Source: an uncultured virus (IMG/VR IMGVR_UViG_3300037067_008462)
Taxonomy: Duplodnaviria; Heunggongvirae; Uroviricota; Caudoviricetes
DNA: 64,000 bases
Direction: 5' to 3' (one strand)
Virus record (IMG/VR): IMGVR_UViG_3300037067_008462
Shown here: piece after piece, positions 1 through 9,659 of the stretch
How positions within the stretch are numbered: the stretch's first letter is position 1
Layout of the letters: every line of letters starts with the position of its first letter
The notes under the pieces: model-generated
Seen by the model: the letters and a program-made list of their open reading frames with translations, nothing else
What the model was told of the DNA's origin: nothing
The model's database searches: none
Translations under genes and position numbers: made by a program

Positions 1-197
1 TGATTACTGCTATAATATTAATAACTGTAGATTATTACTTTAATTTAAACGTTTTTGTCATGATGTTGATAGCTATAATTACTATGACAATCCTAAAGCT
101 ACTATCCTTGATATGGTATAGAAGTCGTACTATTCCTGGTTACCTCAAGAAGTATAAGGCTAAGATCAGAACTTCGGACTCCGAAAATTTAAATTAG
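1..197 (+). CDS. Partial (5'-truncated) membrane protein
   Basis: Frame 3 is open from the window edge to TAG at 195-197 (ITAIILITVDYYFNLNVFVMMLIAIITMTILKLLSLIW...), with hydrophobic segments. Confidence 0.5.
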   Translation, partial: ITAIILITVDYYFNLNVFVMMLIAIITMTILKLLSLIWYRSRTIPGYLKKYKAKIRTSDSENLN

Positions 198-199
198 AT

Positions 200-610
200 T
201 TAACGGGCCGTTTAAAATAAAACCCATCTTCTGCGGGGTACTACTTACAAAGGCAGGACTACCAGTTGGTTATGATCTGGATGATTTCAGCGAGTTAGAA
301 GCGGTAGAGATGATGATAATAAAATGCCTTAATGAACCTCAGAACATTTCTCCTAGTCGTTCGCTTAAGAAAGCGAACTCCTACGTCGAAATGTTCCTCA
401 CTTCTTTAAGGCGTAATAAGGCCGGTTTGGATACGCTACACTTTAGCAGAACCCTAAGCTACAGGACTAACTCATTATATGGAAGCCTGTAAAAATAATA
501 AAGGCTGTGAAAGAGCGACTTTCACAGCATAATACAGGGAAGCAGGAGAGGTACTCGGGTGACAAAGAAACTTCTTTGTTATCCCTATATACGTTACTGT
601 AGTATATAGT
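200..610. ncRNA. Candidate structured non-coding RNA/regulatory region
   Basis: No credible ORF; nested stems GCCTTAA 326-332/TTAAGGC 406-412, GAACATTTC 342-350/GAAATGTTC 388-396, GTTCGCTT/AAGCGAAC, plus hairpins at 504-528 and 557-584. Confidence 0.45.
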
Positions 611-880
611 ATTCAGACATACTCCTAGACAGCATAAGAGGAGAATCCATAAAGGAGTGCAATAGAGGGTTGTGAAATTTATACCTATCTTTTCTAAAAT
701 TTGATTTCTTGATTTTCATCCGAAAAATTCCCCAACCTCTTGATTTTTTTAAAAGAATATGATATGTGCGATGAGAACGAAATGAGGACGATTTGACTTT
801 GTTAGATGATCAAACTATAATAAAGCGTGATGATCGACTTTATGTAGATTATCAACCAATGACTTTATATAGGAGATAAA

Positions 881-1324
881 ATGTTTGATCATAATGTTAA
901 GTTAGAAAAGCTGAGAGATTTGGGTTTTCCTAAAGATTATTCACATCTTACTGAATATTCAATGATAGAATGGCTGAGTTCCAAAGGAACTATTTCAATT
1001 AGGAAATTTCCTTGTGTAAATTGTCCTGTTGTTCACGGATATGATATTGTTGCTCCCGATGGTTCTAAATGGCAGTTTAGGGGACAAGAACCACTTGATA
1101 CATTCGAGGAATTTTTGTATGCTATTTGTGAGCATATATTAAGACTCGAAAATACACCAGTTCCCGGAGATATAGTCAAGGTTGAGGGCTTTATTGAGCG
1201 AGGAATTGTAATCAACGTTTTAGGGGATGGCACTACCATTGTAGAACCACTAAAAGAAATTAAAGTTTCCAAAGAAGATAGAGGTCTTATTACTATCCTC
1301 GAAAAGTTGCGGACTACAAAGTAA
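881..1324 (+). CDS. Hypothetical protein
   Basis: 147-aa ORF with AGGAGA RBS and an upstream TTGACT-17-TATAAT promoter. Confidence 0.8.
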   Translation: MFDHNVKLEKLRDLGFPKDYSHLTEYSMIEWLSSKGTISIRKFPCVNCPVVHGYDIVAPDGSKWQFRGQEPLDTFEEFLYAICEHILRLENTPVPGDIVKVEGFIERGIVINVLGDGTTIVEPLKEIKVSKEDRGLITILEKLRTTK

Positions 1325-1326
1325 AC

Positions 1327-1355
1327 TTGACAAACTCTATCTCTTATGGTATTAT
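1327..1355 (+). promoter_or_regulatory. Sigma70-type promoter (representative of dozens in the window)
   Basis: TTGACA-17bp-TATTAT with TG extension; the spacer contains CTCTATCT. Confidence 0.75.
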
Positions 1356-1361
1356 AATTTC

Positions 1362-1461
1362 GCGGCCATAGACCATTCGATTTATAAGGCTCTGTTCTCA
1401 CGTGATGTGAGTTGGTATGAAGTAGCCATAGGGACGTGATAACTACCTATTCGTCCCGCCA
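1362..1461 (+). ncRNA. Candidate small structured RNA/leader ending in GCCA
   Basis: Starts at the predicted TSS; CTCAC/GTGAG and GGGACG/CGTCCC stems; possible GTAG/CTAC pseudoknot. Confidence 0.35.
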
Positions 1462-1468
1462 AATCAAT

Positions 1469-1681
1469 ATGACAAAATTAAATATATTAAACTTAGCTGA
1501 ATGTTATGGTATAGATCGTTCAGAATTCGAGATAGAGTTCATGACTCATGAGGGTAATCATTATTGGAACCTTTTTCGCCACGGAAGTTTTCTTACCTCT
1601 GTAAATACGGAGCTAAACGGAGCAGAATATAGAGATCATTGTTATATACTAATTGGATTAAGATTGGTATATTTGACATGA
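1469..1681 (+). CDS. TxLNxxNL-family small protein
   Basis: MTKLNILNLAECYG... Confidence 0.75.
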   Translation: MTKLNILNLAECYGIDRSEFEIEFMTHEGNHYWNLFRHGSFLTSVNTELNGAEYRDHCYILIGLRLVYLT

Positions 1682-1884
1682 CAAAGCAAAACCTTCTGAA
1701 TCTTGTAGAGTATTTAGGTTATGTTCTGTGTGATTATAAATGGGATTCTGAAAATAATTTAGTAATGTATGAAGGTGCGCTTTATCTTGTTAGTTTAAAG
1801 TATGCTAATGGAGCTTATAATAGAGACAAAGAAGGTTTTTTATGTGACTTAGAAATAAGACTAGATAAATATAATAATAGATGA
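1678..1884 (+). CDS. TxLNxxNL-family small protein
   Basis: MTKQNLLNLVEYLG...; ATGA overlap with the previous gene. Confidence 0.75.
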   Translation: MTKQNLLNLVEYLGYVLCDYKWDSENNLVMYEGALYLVSLKYANGAYNRDKEGFLCDLEIRLDKYNNR

Positions 1885-1906
1885 CAAAACTAATGCATAA
1901 CTACCA

Positions 1907-2125
1907 ATGACCTTTTTAAATATATTAAACTTAATAGAGTTTTTAGGACATGATCTTACATTATTTCGTTCACATTATGTGAGTGAAACTTATTCAGAAA
2001 TTCGCATAAAAAAGCTCCATGAAGAAAAATATTTAATTTCTGTTCAGTATTTTCAAAAATTAATAAAAGCACTAGGTAGAGAAGATGCCATTTATGATTT
2101 GGATAGAAGAATTACTGCTTTATAA
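1907..2125 (+). CDS. TxLNxxNL-family small protein
   Basis: MTFLNILNLIEFLG... Confidence 0.75.
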   Translation: MTFLNILNLIEFLGHDLTLFRSHYVSETYSEIRIKKLHEEKYLISVQYFQKLIKALGREDAIYDLDRRITAL

Positions 2126-2141
2126 TCAATCACTCTATTTT

Positions 2142-2459
2142 ATGCCTGTTTGTTTAGATTTGTTTTTTTTAAATGAAATACATAACAATCTAAGTGATGA
2201 TATAAGAGACTTCCTTGCCTTCAAGATAGAGTGCCAGAACAACAAATGTTGTTATTGCGGGAAAGAGTTCACTTCCGACAATAGAGCCACCATTGAACAT
2301 TTTGTTCCAAAATCAAAAGGTGGTGGTGACACTATAGATAACATTCGTGCTGCTTGTCAGTGGTGTAACAATCGCAAAGGTAACGTATCTAAAAAACAAT
2401 TTGATAGAAAGTATCCTCAATGGGCAAGAGAGGCCGATGCAAAATTGGCTAGAAAGTAG
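2142..2459 (+). CDS. HNH endonuclease
   Basis: CCYCG...TIEHFVPKSKGG...NIRAACQWCNNRKG. Confidence 0.9.
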   Translation: MPVCLDLFFLNEIHNNLSDDIRDFLAFKIECQNNKCCYCGKEFTSDNRATIEHFVPKSKGGGDTIDNIRAACQWCNNRKGNVSKKQFDRKYPQWAREADAKLARK

Positions 2460-2589
2460 CTTGACTTCTTCAAAAGAACATGCTACAATGTTAGCATCAA
2501 CTTTAAGGAGTTTAATATGGGAAAGAGAATACAAAAGAAGTTTGACGAAAACACTTGATCTTTTCTGGATTTTGTGGTACGATATAGTG

Positions 2590-2820
2590 GGCGAAGTTCT
2601 AAGAGCTAAAGATCACTAAGCGTCTTGACGGCGGGTAGGTTCCCAAAAGAGCCTTGAGATCGTTGCGATGACGATATGGTAGTAAAGTGATCATAAGGAA
2701 TGACATACCAATTCTCCTTCATTTCCTGCATAGATAATGCAGGTGGCGGGGGAGATAGGCGAAAGCCTGTCCTCCAAAGGGAGCGTTTTATGGTTTCGAA
2801 CCGGAGACGCTCCTTTTTTA
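2590..2820 (+). ncRNA. Candidate promoter-driven ncRNA with intrinsic terminator
   Basis: TTGATC-17-TACGAT promoter at 2555-2583; GATCACT/AGTGATC, CCTGCAT/ATGCAGG and ATAGGC-GAAA-GCCTGT stems; GGAGCGT..ACGCTCC followed by a T-run. Confidence 0.55.
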
Positions 2821-2918
2821 TAATGAAGGGTTGACCGTAAAAAAGAACTTTGACAAAGTATAAATTGTAAAAATTTCATATTGGGTATAATATTCTTATC
2901 TTAATAATAAAGAGTATC

Positions 2919-3368
2919 ATGCCTAAAATGAAATGTGTTTGTGAAATCTGTGGGAAAGAAATATATAGAAAACATTCTCAAATCTATAATCACATATATT
3001 GTAGTCGTAAATGTTATGGTATGTCTTGTAGAAAAATTCATTTGTGTCCTATTTGTAATAAAGAAATTTTAGGACACAAAAATTCTAAACATTGCAGTAA
3101 GACTTGTGCAAATAAGGCTAGAACCGGAATTAAATATCACACAGGAGCCTTGAATAGCAAGTATACAAAATATAAAAAACTTAAAAAACAATTAATATTA
3201 GAAAGAGGGGGTGTTTGTCAAATATGTATGCTCGATAAAGATTATCTTTTAGATGTTCATCATATTGTACCTAAAAAAAGGGGTGGAGGAGACAATTTGG
3301 ACAATTTAATGCTACTTTGTCCAAATTGTCATAGAGAGAAACATTATAGAATGAGCCATGAGGTCTAA
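2919..3368 (+). CDS. HNH endonuclease with N-terminal Zn-binding repeats
   Basis: CxxC...YCSRKC repeats; CQIC..DVHHIVPKKRGG..NLMLLCPNCHREKH. Confidence 0.9.
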   Translation: MPKMKCVCEICGKEIYRKHSQIYNHIYCSRKCYGMSCRKIHLCPICNKEILGHKNSKHCSKTCANKARTGIKYHTGALNSKYTKYKKLKKQLILERGGVCQICMLDKDYLLDVHHIVPKKRGGGDNLDNLMLLCPNCHREKHYRMSHEV

Positions 3369-3520
3369 TTGGGAGCGAGAGAGTTCTCCGTGAATTTTGG
3401 GGATTTTGAAATTTTCCGCGAAAAGTTCTTGCTTTTTTTACGGCGGCGCGGTACAATTAAAAACATCAAAGCCGGAGCCGCAAGGAACCGGATTAATCTC
3501 AAATTTTAAGGAGTAGTATT

Positions 3521-3856
3521 ATGTCAAAGATTAAGAAGAGTGTTTTGGCTCTTGAGGCTCGTCAGGCTCGTCAGGAGCTTCGTCATCAGGTAGGTCTCGC
3601 GTCTGCGGGTCGTCCTCCCTGGATGCCTAAGACCAGCAATGAAGAGAAGAGTACGGTTTCTCTCATTAAGCTGCTCGAAGAGGCTCTGAAGAAGGGTGGC
3701 GTTCTGACTACCACCGACAAGAAGGCTCTTGAGGGCGTTCTTGATCGCAAGCGGTTGGGCGTGGAGAAGTACCACGCTATCCGTGAGACCGGTAGCAAGC
3801 CCACCGATCTCAACAAGCCTGCCCCCGAGGTTGAGCCTACTGAGACCGAGGGTTAG
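3521..3856 (+). CDS. Hypothetical basic protein, probably highly expressed
   Basis: Own promoter (TTGCTT..TACAAT), AAGGAG RBS, GC-richer biased codons. Confidence 0.8.
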   Translation: MSKIKKSVLALEARQARQELRHQVGLASAGRPPWMPKTSNEEKSTVSLIKLLEEALKKGGVLTTTDKKALEGVLDRKRLGVEKYHAIRETGSKPTDLNKPAPEVEPTETEG

Positions 3857-3921
3857 ACTAGACTCCAAGGTTGCTAATGGGAGAGGACTCCAAACTCTCC
3901 CATTATTTTAAGAATAATCAT

Positions 3922-4155
3922 ATGAAACCAATCATAGTTAAGATCAAATGGTATGATTCCTTTTCTTGTAATGTAACTTGGGATAGCCCGTATAATGTTG
4001 GAGGAAAATATCTAGTTAAAACTGTAGGATATTTGGTTAAAAGAACAAAGAAATATATTTATATAGGTACTTCAATTCACGGAAAACCTATTACGGACAT
4101 CCATTGGAATTGTATTCCGGTTGGATGCATAAAATCTTTAAAGAAAGTTAAATAA
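3922..4155 (+). CDS. Hypothetical phage protein
   Basis: IVKIKWYDS...TVGYLV...IPVGCI, a pattern common in small phage proteins. Confidence 0.7.
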   Translation: MKPIIVKIKWYDSFSCNVTWDSPYNVGGKYLVKTVGYLVKRTKKYIYIGTSIHGKPITDIHWNCIPVGCIKSLKKVK

Positions 4156-4165
4156 GGAAACAACC

Positions 4166-4429
4166 ATGACTATCAAACAGCAACAACAGATGAGGACAAT
4201 CCTTAAGAATCTTTTCGGTAAGAAAGCATCAGTTGAAGTAACACCATTGTTTACAATTACTTCTTGGCATCCTCTATACGGAAACGTTAAAACACATGTT
4301 ATCATTAAAGATAAGGGTAACGGTGAATTCTTTTGTCAAAGTGATTCTTCTGATTATCATACATGGGATAAAGAAAACAATGAGAAGATTCGTCAGTTTC
4401 TATCTTTGATGGAAGATTTGATTAAATAG
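4166..4429 (+). CDS. Hypothetical protein
   Basis: ORF with AAGGA RBS. Confidence 0.7.
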   Translation: MTIKQQQQMRTILKNLFGKKASVEVTPLFTITSWHPLYGNVKTHVIIKDKGNGEFFCQSDSSDYHTWDKENNEKIRQFLSLMEDLIK

Positions 4430-4440
4430 TTAAATCATGT

Positions 4441-4517
4441 GAGGATATAACACAATTGGAGAGTGTCTTCGGTTTCTACCCGAATGTATGTGGGTTCGAA
4501 TCCTACTATCCTCGCCA
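4441..4517 (+). tRNA. tRNA-Arg(TCT)
   Basis: GAGGATA/TATCCTC acceptor stem, TTCGG/CCGAA anticodon stem with loop TT-TCT-AC, GTTCGAATC T-loop, encoded CCA. Confidence 0.9.
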
Positions 4518-4536
4518 TTTTTAAAAGGAGATTAAA

Positions 4537-5629
4537 ATGAGTGAATTTGATAACAATCTTGCTGGAAATCCAGACAAACCAGTTACAGTTTGGAATAATA
4601 GATGGAGCAGTATTTCTATTAAAATTGGTCACAGTAATGGTAATTGTCAAAGCGATTATGTTATAGAAATTAGTGATTTTAATGGTCAGAAAGTTTTGCT
4701 TTTAACCGAGAAAGAACTACATCAACTTACCAAGATGCTTGTAAATTGGTCGTTATCGTAATATCCAGATAGAGCCTTGCATTTTTCAACCGAATGTGTT
4801 ATGATTAAACCATCTTGAAGGAGACTAAAGTGATTAACTCTCTCAAACTTGCGACCAAAGCTACCAATCTGATTGTTGAATATGCTGAAAAGAATCAAGC
4901 CCTTGGTTCTGCTTACGTTAAGATGGGGGATAAGTTTTATGAGATAGAGGATGTTCGTGTAGTGGAAGGTATAGGTGGGGATAAACCCGCTATCATTCTT
5001 GATGTCTCCTCGGATTCTCTATAAGGATAATATGATGCCTATTGTAGATTATATCCTGGCCGTCTTATTGGGAACAATGTTGTTCATGATATATGAACTC
5101 TTTCTTCTCATTGTTGCAGCCTTCTATCTTCAACAGATTAAATCATTACTCGATATCAATACTGAAGTTTTCGTATCATGGGACAATAACATGAAGAAAA
5201 TTAAGTTTATCTGTGAATATGTAGAACAACCGGGAACTTCTGATCAAAAGATAGAGGAGTGTACTGAACTGATTAAATTGATTGCGGATATAAACAAAGT
5301 ATATAATAAAACTGCTAGAGAAAACCATGAGAAGGTAGATGTTATCAATAAGAAAATCGGTTATATCCTCGATGCAGTGGCGTTGAAAGTTTGGAGAGAG
5401 GAAAGTTGATATGTTTCAGTTTAAGAGGTCTGATTTTCCTACGAGAGAACATTACATTCAGGCGATTCTAGATGCAGAAGTAGATAAATCTAGTCCTCTT
5501 GCCTTGGCATGTATGGAGTTTTTGGAATCACAAACGAGATATCGAAACGGACATGGTGATATAATTTCAGGATTACAATGTCTCGATGAATTAGAGAAAC
5601 AAATTGATGATAAGTTTAAGATAGAGTGA
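4537..5629 (+). CDS. Four small hypothetical ORFs (4537-4761, 4830-5024, ~5031-5409, 5411-5629)
   Basis: Closely packed + strand ORFs with RBSs; the third has a TM segment. Confidence 0.65.
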
Positions 5630-5676
5630 ATTTTTGATTTTTGAAAACATGGAATAATTCGATCTTTGAAAATTAT

Positions 5677-5952
5677 GGGCGCGTGGGTGGCTGGTAGCTG
5701 CAACCACTCTTAGATATGAGTGCTTCAAGAGAAATCTTAAAAGTAGAACCTCTTAAATTCAGGGAAACCTTTAAAATGGTAATCCTGAGCCAAGCCTGTG
5801 TGGAAGGTGCAGAGACTTAACAGGAGGAGCCTAAGTCATAAGATAAGGCTAAGAGAAAGTCCAGCCTACAAACCGAAAGGGTAGTGAAAACTATAGTAGG
5901 AAGATAAGGTGGCCCCGTAATCACGCGGAAAGTTCGATTCTTTACGCGCCTA
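5677..5952 (+). tRNA. Intron-split non-canonical tRNA, anticodon TAT (exons 5677-5711 and 5904-5952)
   Basis: GGGCGCGT/ACGCGCCT acceptor stem, GTGGCT/AGCTGC D-stem, CCACT/GGTGG anticodon stem with spliced loop CT-T^AT-AA, 16-nt variable arm, AAAG-TTCGATT-CTTT T arm. Confidence 0.75.
5712..5903 (+). mobile_element. Group I self-splicing intron (IC3-like, tRNA anticodon-loop type), 192 nt, no ORF
   Basis: P AAATTCAGGGAAA, Q AATCCTGAGCC, R GTGCAGAGACT, S AAGAGAAAGTCC; P1 CTT^A/TGAG with U.G pair; terminal G at 5903. Confidence 0.9.
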
Positions 5953-6005
5953 TTTTTTATCTTAAATGGGTAAATAGTTGTATCTTTAAAATTTAGGATA
6001 CAGCT

Positions 6006-6530
6006 ATGGTATGTAAAAATTGCGGTAAGGCATTTTCTCTCAGGGTTCGTATAGACGGAGAAATTCATAGTTTACAAAATAGAAAATATTGTTTAGAATG
6101 TTCTCCCTACAAAAGTCACAATACTCGACAGTTAGACAGATATAAAAAATATATCAAAGAAGGTAGATTGGTCGAGAAAGAGTGTTCTCAATGTGGCGAA
6201 ATTAAACCAATTGAAGAATATTATAATAACGGTAATCGTCCTCATTCTTTTTGTAAAAAATGTTTAAATTTAAAAAGCGTAGAAAGGTTTAGGGAAAGAA
6301 AATTATGGGCTATTGACTATAAAGGGGGAGAATGTCAGATGTGCGGATATAATAAATACGCTGGCGCATTAGAATTTCATCATTTAGACCCTAACATCAA
6401 GGATTTTACGATAGATAGATATAATAAGCTTTCTAAGGATAGATTAAAAGTTGAATTAGATAAATGCATTTTGCTTTGTGCTAATTGTCATAGAGAATTG
6501 CATTATGAGTTAAAAAACCCCTCCTCTTGA
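6006..6530 (+). CDS. HNH endonuclease (free-standing, homing-type)
   Basis: KGGECQMCGY..ALEFHHLDP..KCILLCANCHRELH. Confidence 0.9.
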   Translation: MVCKNCGKAFSLRVRIDGEIHSLQNRKYCLECSPYKSHNTRQLDRYKKYIKEGRLVEKECSQCGEIKPIEEYYNNGNRPHSFCKKCLNLKSVERFRERKLWAIDYKGGECQMCGYNKYAGALEFHHLDPNIKDFTIDRYNKLSKDRLKVELDKCILLCANCHRELHYELKNPSS

Positions 6531-6598
6531 CTTTTTCATGATGATGTGCTACAATGAAAGTGTAAAGATAGAGTGTTTTAAATTAATCAGGAGAAGAT

Positions 6599-7294
6599 AT
6601 GAAGAATTTATTTAAATCAATTTTTATTATCATTGGTATTCTATTTCTAGTATCAGCTAGTGCGAATACAAAGGTTTATATTACTAAATCAGGTGATAAA
6701 TACCATAAATCTAGTTGTTCTTATTTAAGGAATTCTAAGATAGAGATTTCTCTTAAGGACGCTATTGATCAAGGATATACAGCTTGTAGTCGATGCAAGC
6801 CACCTAAGACATACAAGAAGTCCAGCGGAGAAGATGAGGGTACAGATCAATCTGAAGATATTGTTGGATACGGAGAACTTCATCTTAGAGCAACAAAAGA
6901 AGAATTAATATCTCTTGGATATTCTCAACCAGACAAAGGATTTTTACTCGTAGGAGAATGGTGGCTTAAATCTCCAACCGAATATTTGGAGATTGAAAAC
7001 GAATCTATTGAAGTAATGGTTGGTGCTTCTACCATCGGAGATAAGGTTGTTTTAATTAATATTGTTGAAAAGAACAAAGATAATTCCAAAAAGGATTATA
7101 AAATATTATCTGATTATATTCATTCTAAGTATTCTAAGTCTATTATCGAAACAGAAAAATCCAATATAATTATACTAAAGGATAAAGACGGAGATCACCT
7201 TATAGTTACCAATATTACAGGTCAATTAATTATACAATATTCAACTTCTACTGCATATGAAATTTTATACGGAGATAAGGAGAATAAGATATAA
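6599..7294 (+). CDS. Secreted/membrane protein with small Cys/His metal-binding domain
   Basis: Signal-peptide-like N-terminus; VYITKSGDKYHKSSCSYL...GYTACSRCKP. Confidence 0.7.
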   Translation: MKNLFKSIFIIIGILFLVSASANTKVYITKSGDKYHKSSCSYLRNSKIEISLKDAIDQGYTACSRCKPPKTYKKSSGEDEGTDQSEDIVGYGELHLRATKEELISLGYSQPDKGFLLVGEWWLKSPTEYLEIENESIEVMVGASTIGDKVVLINIVEKNKDNSKKDYKILSDYIHSKYSKSIIETEKSNIIILKDKDGDHLIVTNITGQLIIQYSTSTAYEILYGDKENKI

Positions 7295-7713
7295 TGCCGT
7301 GTCAGAAACAAATTACAAAAACGAAAAAGGTAGAATCCAGAAAAGAATATTTAATTTTCAAATTGGGTGGTCGTTGTTCTGTAGTGGGCTGTCCAGTAGT
7401 TTATGATGGTCATAATGCATGTATATTCGACTTTCATCATCAGATTCCCTTAGCCAATTGCGAAAAGAAGTTCGGAATTACCAATTGGGCTTTAGATAAT
7501 TACTCTATGGAAGAAATAGAGGCAGAGGTAGCTAAATGTCTCTTAGTATGTAGAAATTGTCATAACGAGATTCATTATCGCAAAGGTCGAGGTAATTGGT
7601 TTAATTTTAATAAAAAAGAAACAGAAATTGAGTCCAGAGGTAAGAAGCTTGCTTTTTTAGGTAAAAATTTAGGTAAAAAATTTAGAATTGTAGATTTTGA
7701 TGAAAGGAAGTAG
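7294..7713 (+). CDS. HNH endonuclease
   Basis: GGRC..GC..FDFHH..KCLLVCRNCHNEIH. Confidence 0.85.
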   Translation: MPCQKQITKTKKVESRKEYLIFKLGGRCSVVGCPVVYDGHNACIFDFHHQIPLANCEKKFGITNWALDNYSMEEIEAEVAKCLLVCRNCHNEIHYRKGRGNWFNFNKKETEIESRGKKLAFLGKNLGKKFRIVDFDERK

Positions 7714-7719
7714 TAGATT

Positions 7720-9148
7720 ATGGAAAAATTAGCGATTATATCAATAAGTAGTACTATTATTCTTGGAATAATAGTCTTTATTGATCTTGTATTTCTTATA
7801 CCAAAAGTACATCGATTAATGATAGCAGGTAGTACAAGCTTTTGGGTACAAAATTATCATTTGTTAGCAATATTCTTTTATCTGGCTTTTGGTCTCGGTA
7901 TCTATATAATATATAGGTTTATTTAATATGTCAGTAGTTCAAGGTTCAGGAAAACAGACTCTATCTCTTAAATTAGGAGATACTTATATTCAATATGAAG
8001 TATGGATTGAATATGACGATGGTTCTTCAAAATGTATAGATGTTTATACAAACCCTAAAGGCGCTCATGGTCAGCTTAAGAAGACATTACATAAATGTTT
8101 GTTCTCTTATTATCACGAACTAGCGTTTGTTCCTTATCCAAACAGACCTGTTTATCCTAATCCTAAACCTCTTAGAGCATACTTAAAGAAGATAGAGTGT
8201 GTTGTTACTTCCGAGACGACTATTAAAGATTGGGAATGGGATCAGGCTCACGATGGAGTTATAAAAGATTTAACTAAAAAGAATTATAGCGGAGAAAGTC
8301 ACGCTGATATGTTTGGTTTGGATATGAGTAGGATTCCTCCTAAACCTTAGATAGAGCGTTGCTTTTTTCACGATGTTGTGATATACTTAGATAAGCTTAT
8401 AAAAGGAGAAATTTATGAAAGGTTTGTTTTATGTTCTTGGTACGCTTTGTACTGTAGCAGCAATAGTTATCATTATTGCTCTGGTTATAATCAACTATCG
8501 GGCCAAGCTAGACGTGGTTTCTTATTTTGAACGCGCCCAGGTCGCCTCTGATTCTGGTGACATGTTAAAGTACCTTCAGCTAGGTAAGAAGGGTATGGAA
8601 GATCGTCATGCTACAGAGGGATATGCTGTATATGTATTCAAGACTCCCACTAACGATCTTGCACTGATCTATGGAGCCGTGAAAGACCTTGAACAGAGAT
8701 TGATTACAGTCAATGCGATGGACAAGAGTTCTGTTCAGTATCAGACCGGTATGGAAGATTGCCGAGGAATTCTGCACGATCTAATGGAGTCTGAGAGTAC
8801 TTCTCCTCATATTAACCCGGATATTCTCACTTGGCGTTTGGGTGGGGTTATGTGGTTGGTTGTTTGGCTGATGATCTCTTTAGTGTTGGGATTCCTGTTC
8901 TTCTTGGCTGGATATGCTACCGATAATTATTAAGATAGAGTAGGGAGAAATTAGAGGAAACATAGATGATCAAGAAGATTTTAGCTGTTTTAATTCTTTT
9001 AGCATTATTTCTTTCTATTCCAATCACTATAGGTATTTATGGTGGATGGTTAGCGGCGTTGGTTGTTGCGGGAGTATATGCAGGAATAGCTTTATTGACG
9101 ATAGGAGTCTTTTGGAGTTTAGATGTCCTTTTGGGGTATAGGAGATGA
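7720..9148 (+). CDS. Four ORFs, three of them membrane proteins (7720-7926, 7928-8350, 8415-8933, 8966-9148)
   Basis: ORFs with RBSs; hydrophobic TM segments in the 1st, 3rd and 4th. Confidence 0.7.
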
Positions 9149-9149
9149 T

Positions 9150-9434
9150 ATGGAAGAAATTAAATTATATAGAATAGGCGATATTGCTTATATGGAAGGA
9201 TGTCAGCATGTCGTCAAACATAGTCCTACTGGTATAGAATGGGGTTATGGTGGTTCTGGTCCCGCTGATCTTGCTCTATCCATCCTGACGTGGGCTGTAG
9301 GGGAAGGTAAGGCTCTCCAATGGTATCAGGACTTCAAGTGGGACGTGATCCTTCCCATGCCTAGAGAGGGCGGAATCATTACGAAAGACGAAGTGATTGA
9401 ATGGTGTTCACACAAGACTCTATCTATGAATTAA
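9150..9434 (+). CDS. Conserved hypothetical protein (DUF6166-like)
   Basis: HSPTGIEWGYGGSGPADLALSIL motif; family name recalled from memory. Confidence 0.75.
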   Translation: MEEIKLYRIGDIAYMEGCQHVVKHSPTGIEWGYGGSGPADLALSILTWAVGEGKALQWYQDFKWDVILPMPREGGIITKDEVIEWCSHKTLSMN

Positions 9435-9455
9435 GATAGAGTGAAGGAAATAAAG

Positions 9456-9620
9456 ATGTATCAAGAAAAAACCGTTACAGTTGTTTGCCCTGCCTGTGGT
9501 AAATCTAGACAGGTTCCAGAAGTGGATAACAGGGTTCATGAAGATTGGAAGGATGGAGGGTATTGCAGTAAAGAATGTTCCGAAACAGACAGAGGAGAAT
9601 TTCATAAAATTAAATGGTAA
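9456..9620 (+). CDS. Small Zn-finger protein (not in the ORF track)
   Basis: MYQEKTVTVVCPACG...YCSKEC, AAGGA RBS. Confidence 0.65.
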   Translation: MYQEKTVTVVCPACGKSRQVPEVDNRVHEDWKDGGYCSKECSETDRGEFHKIKW

Positions 9621-9659
9621 TCAGAATTCAGCCTCTATCTAAAGTAAAAGGATAAATTA

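Noticed and set aside
310..492. 60-aa ORF
   Set aside because: Lies over a long hairpin, has no clear RBS and no protein features
2517..2558. 13-codon ORF MGKRIQKKFDENT with promoter and RBS
   Set aside because: Too short to support; possibly a truncated remnant
2824..3400. Second group I intron surrounding the HNH at 2919
   Set aside because: No P/Q/R/S core elements or interrupted host gene recognisable
4468..4484. Possible CTA (amber suppressor) anticodon in the first tRNA
   Set aside because: The TTCGG/CCGAA stem centres TCT in the 7-nt loop; TAG is used as a normal stop and long ORFs are intact, so there is no evidence of recoding
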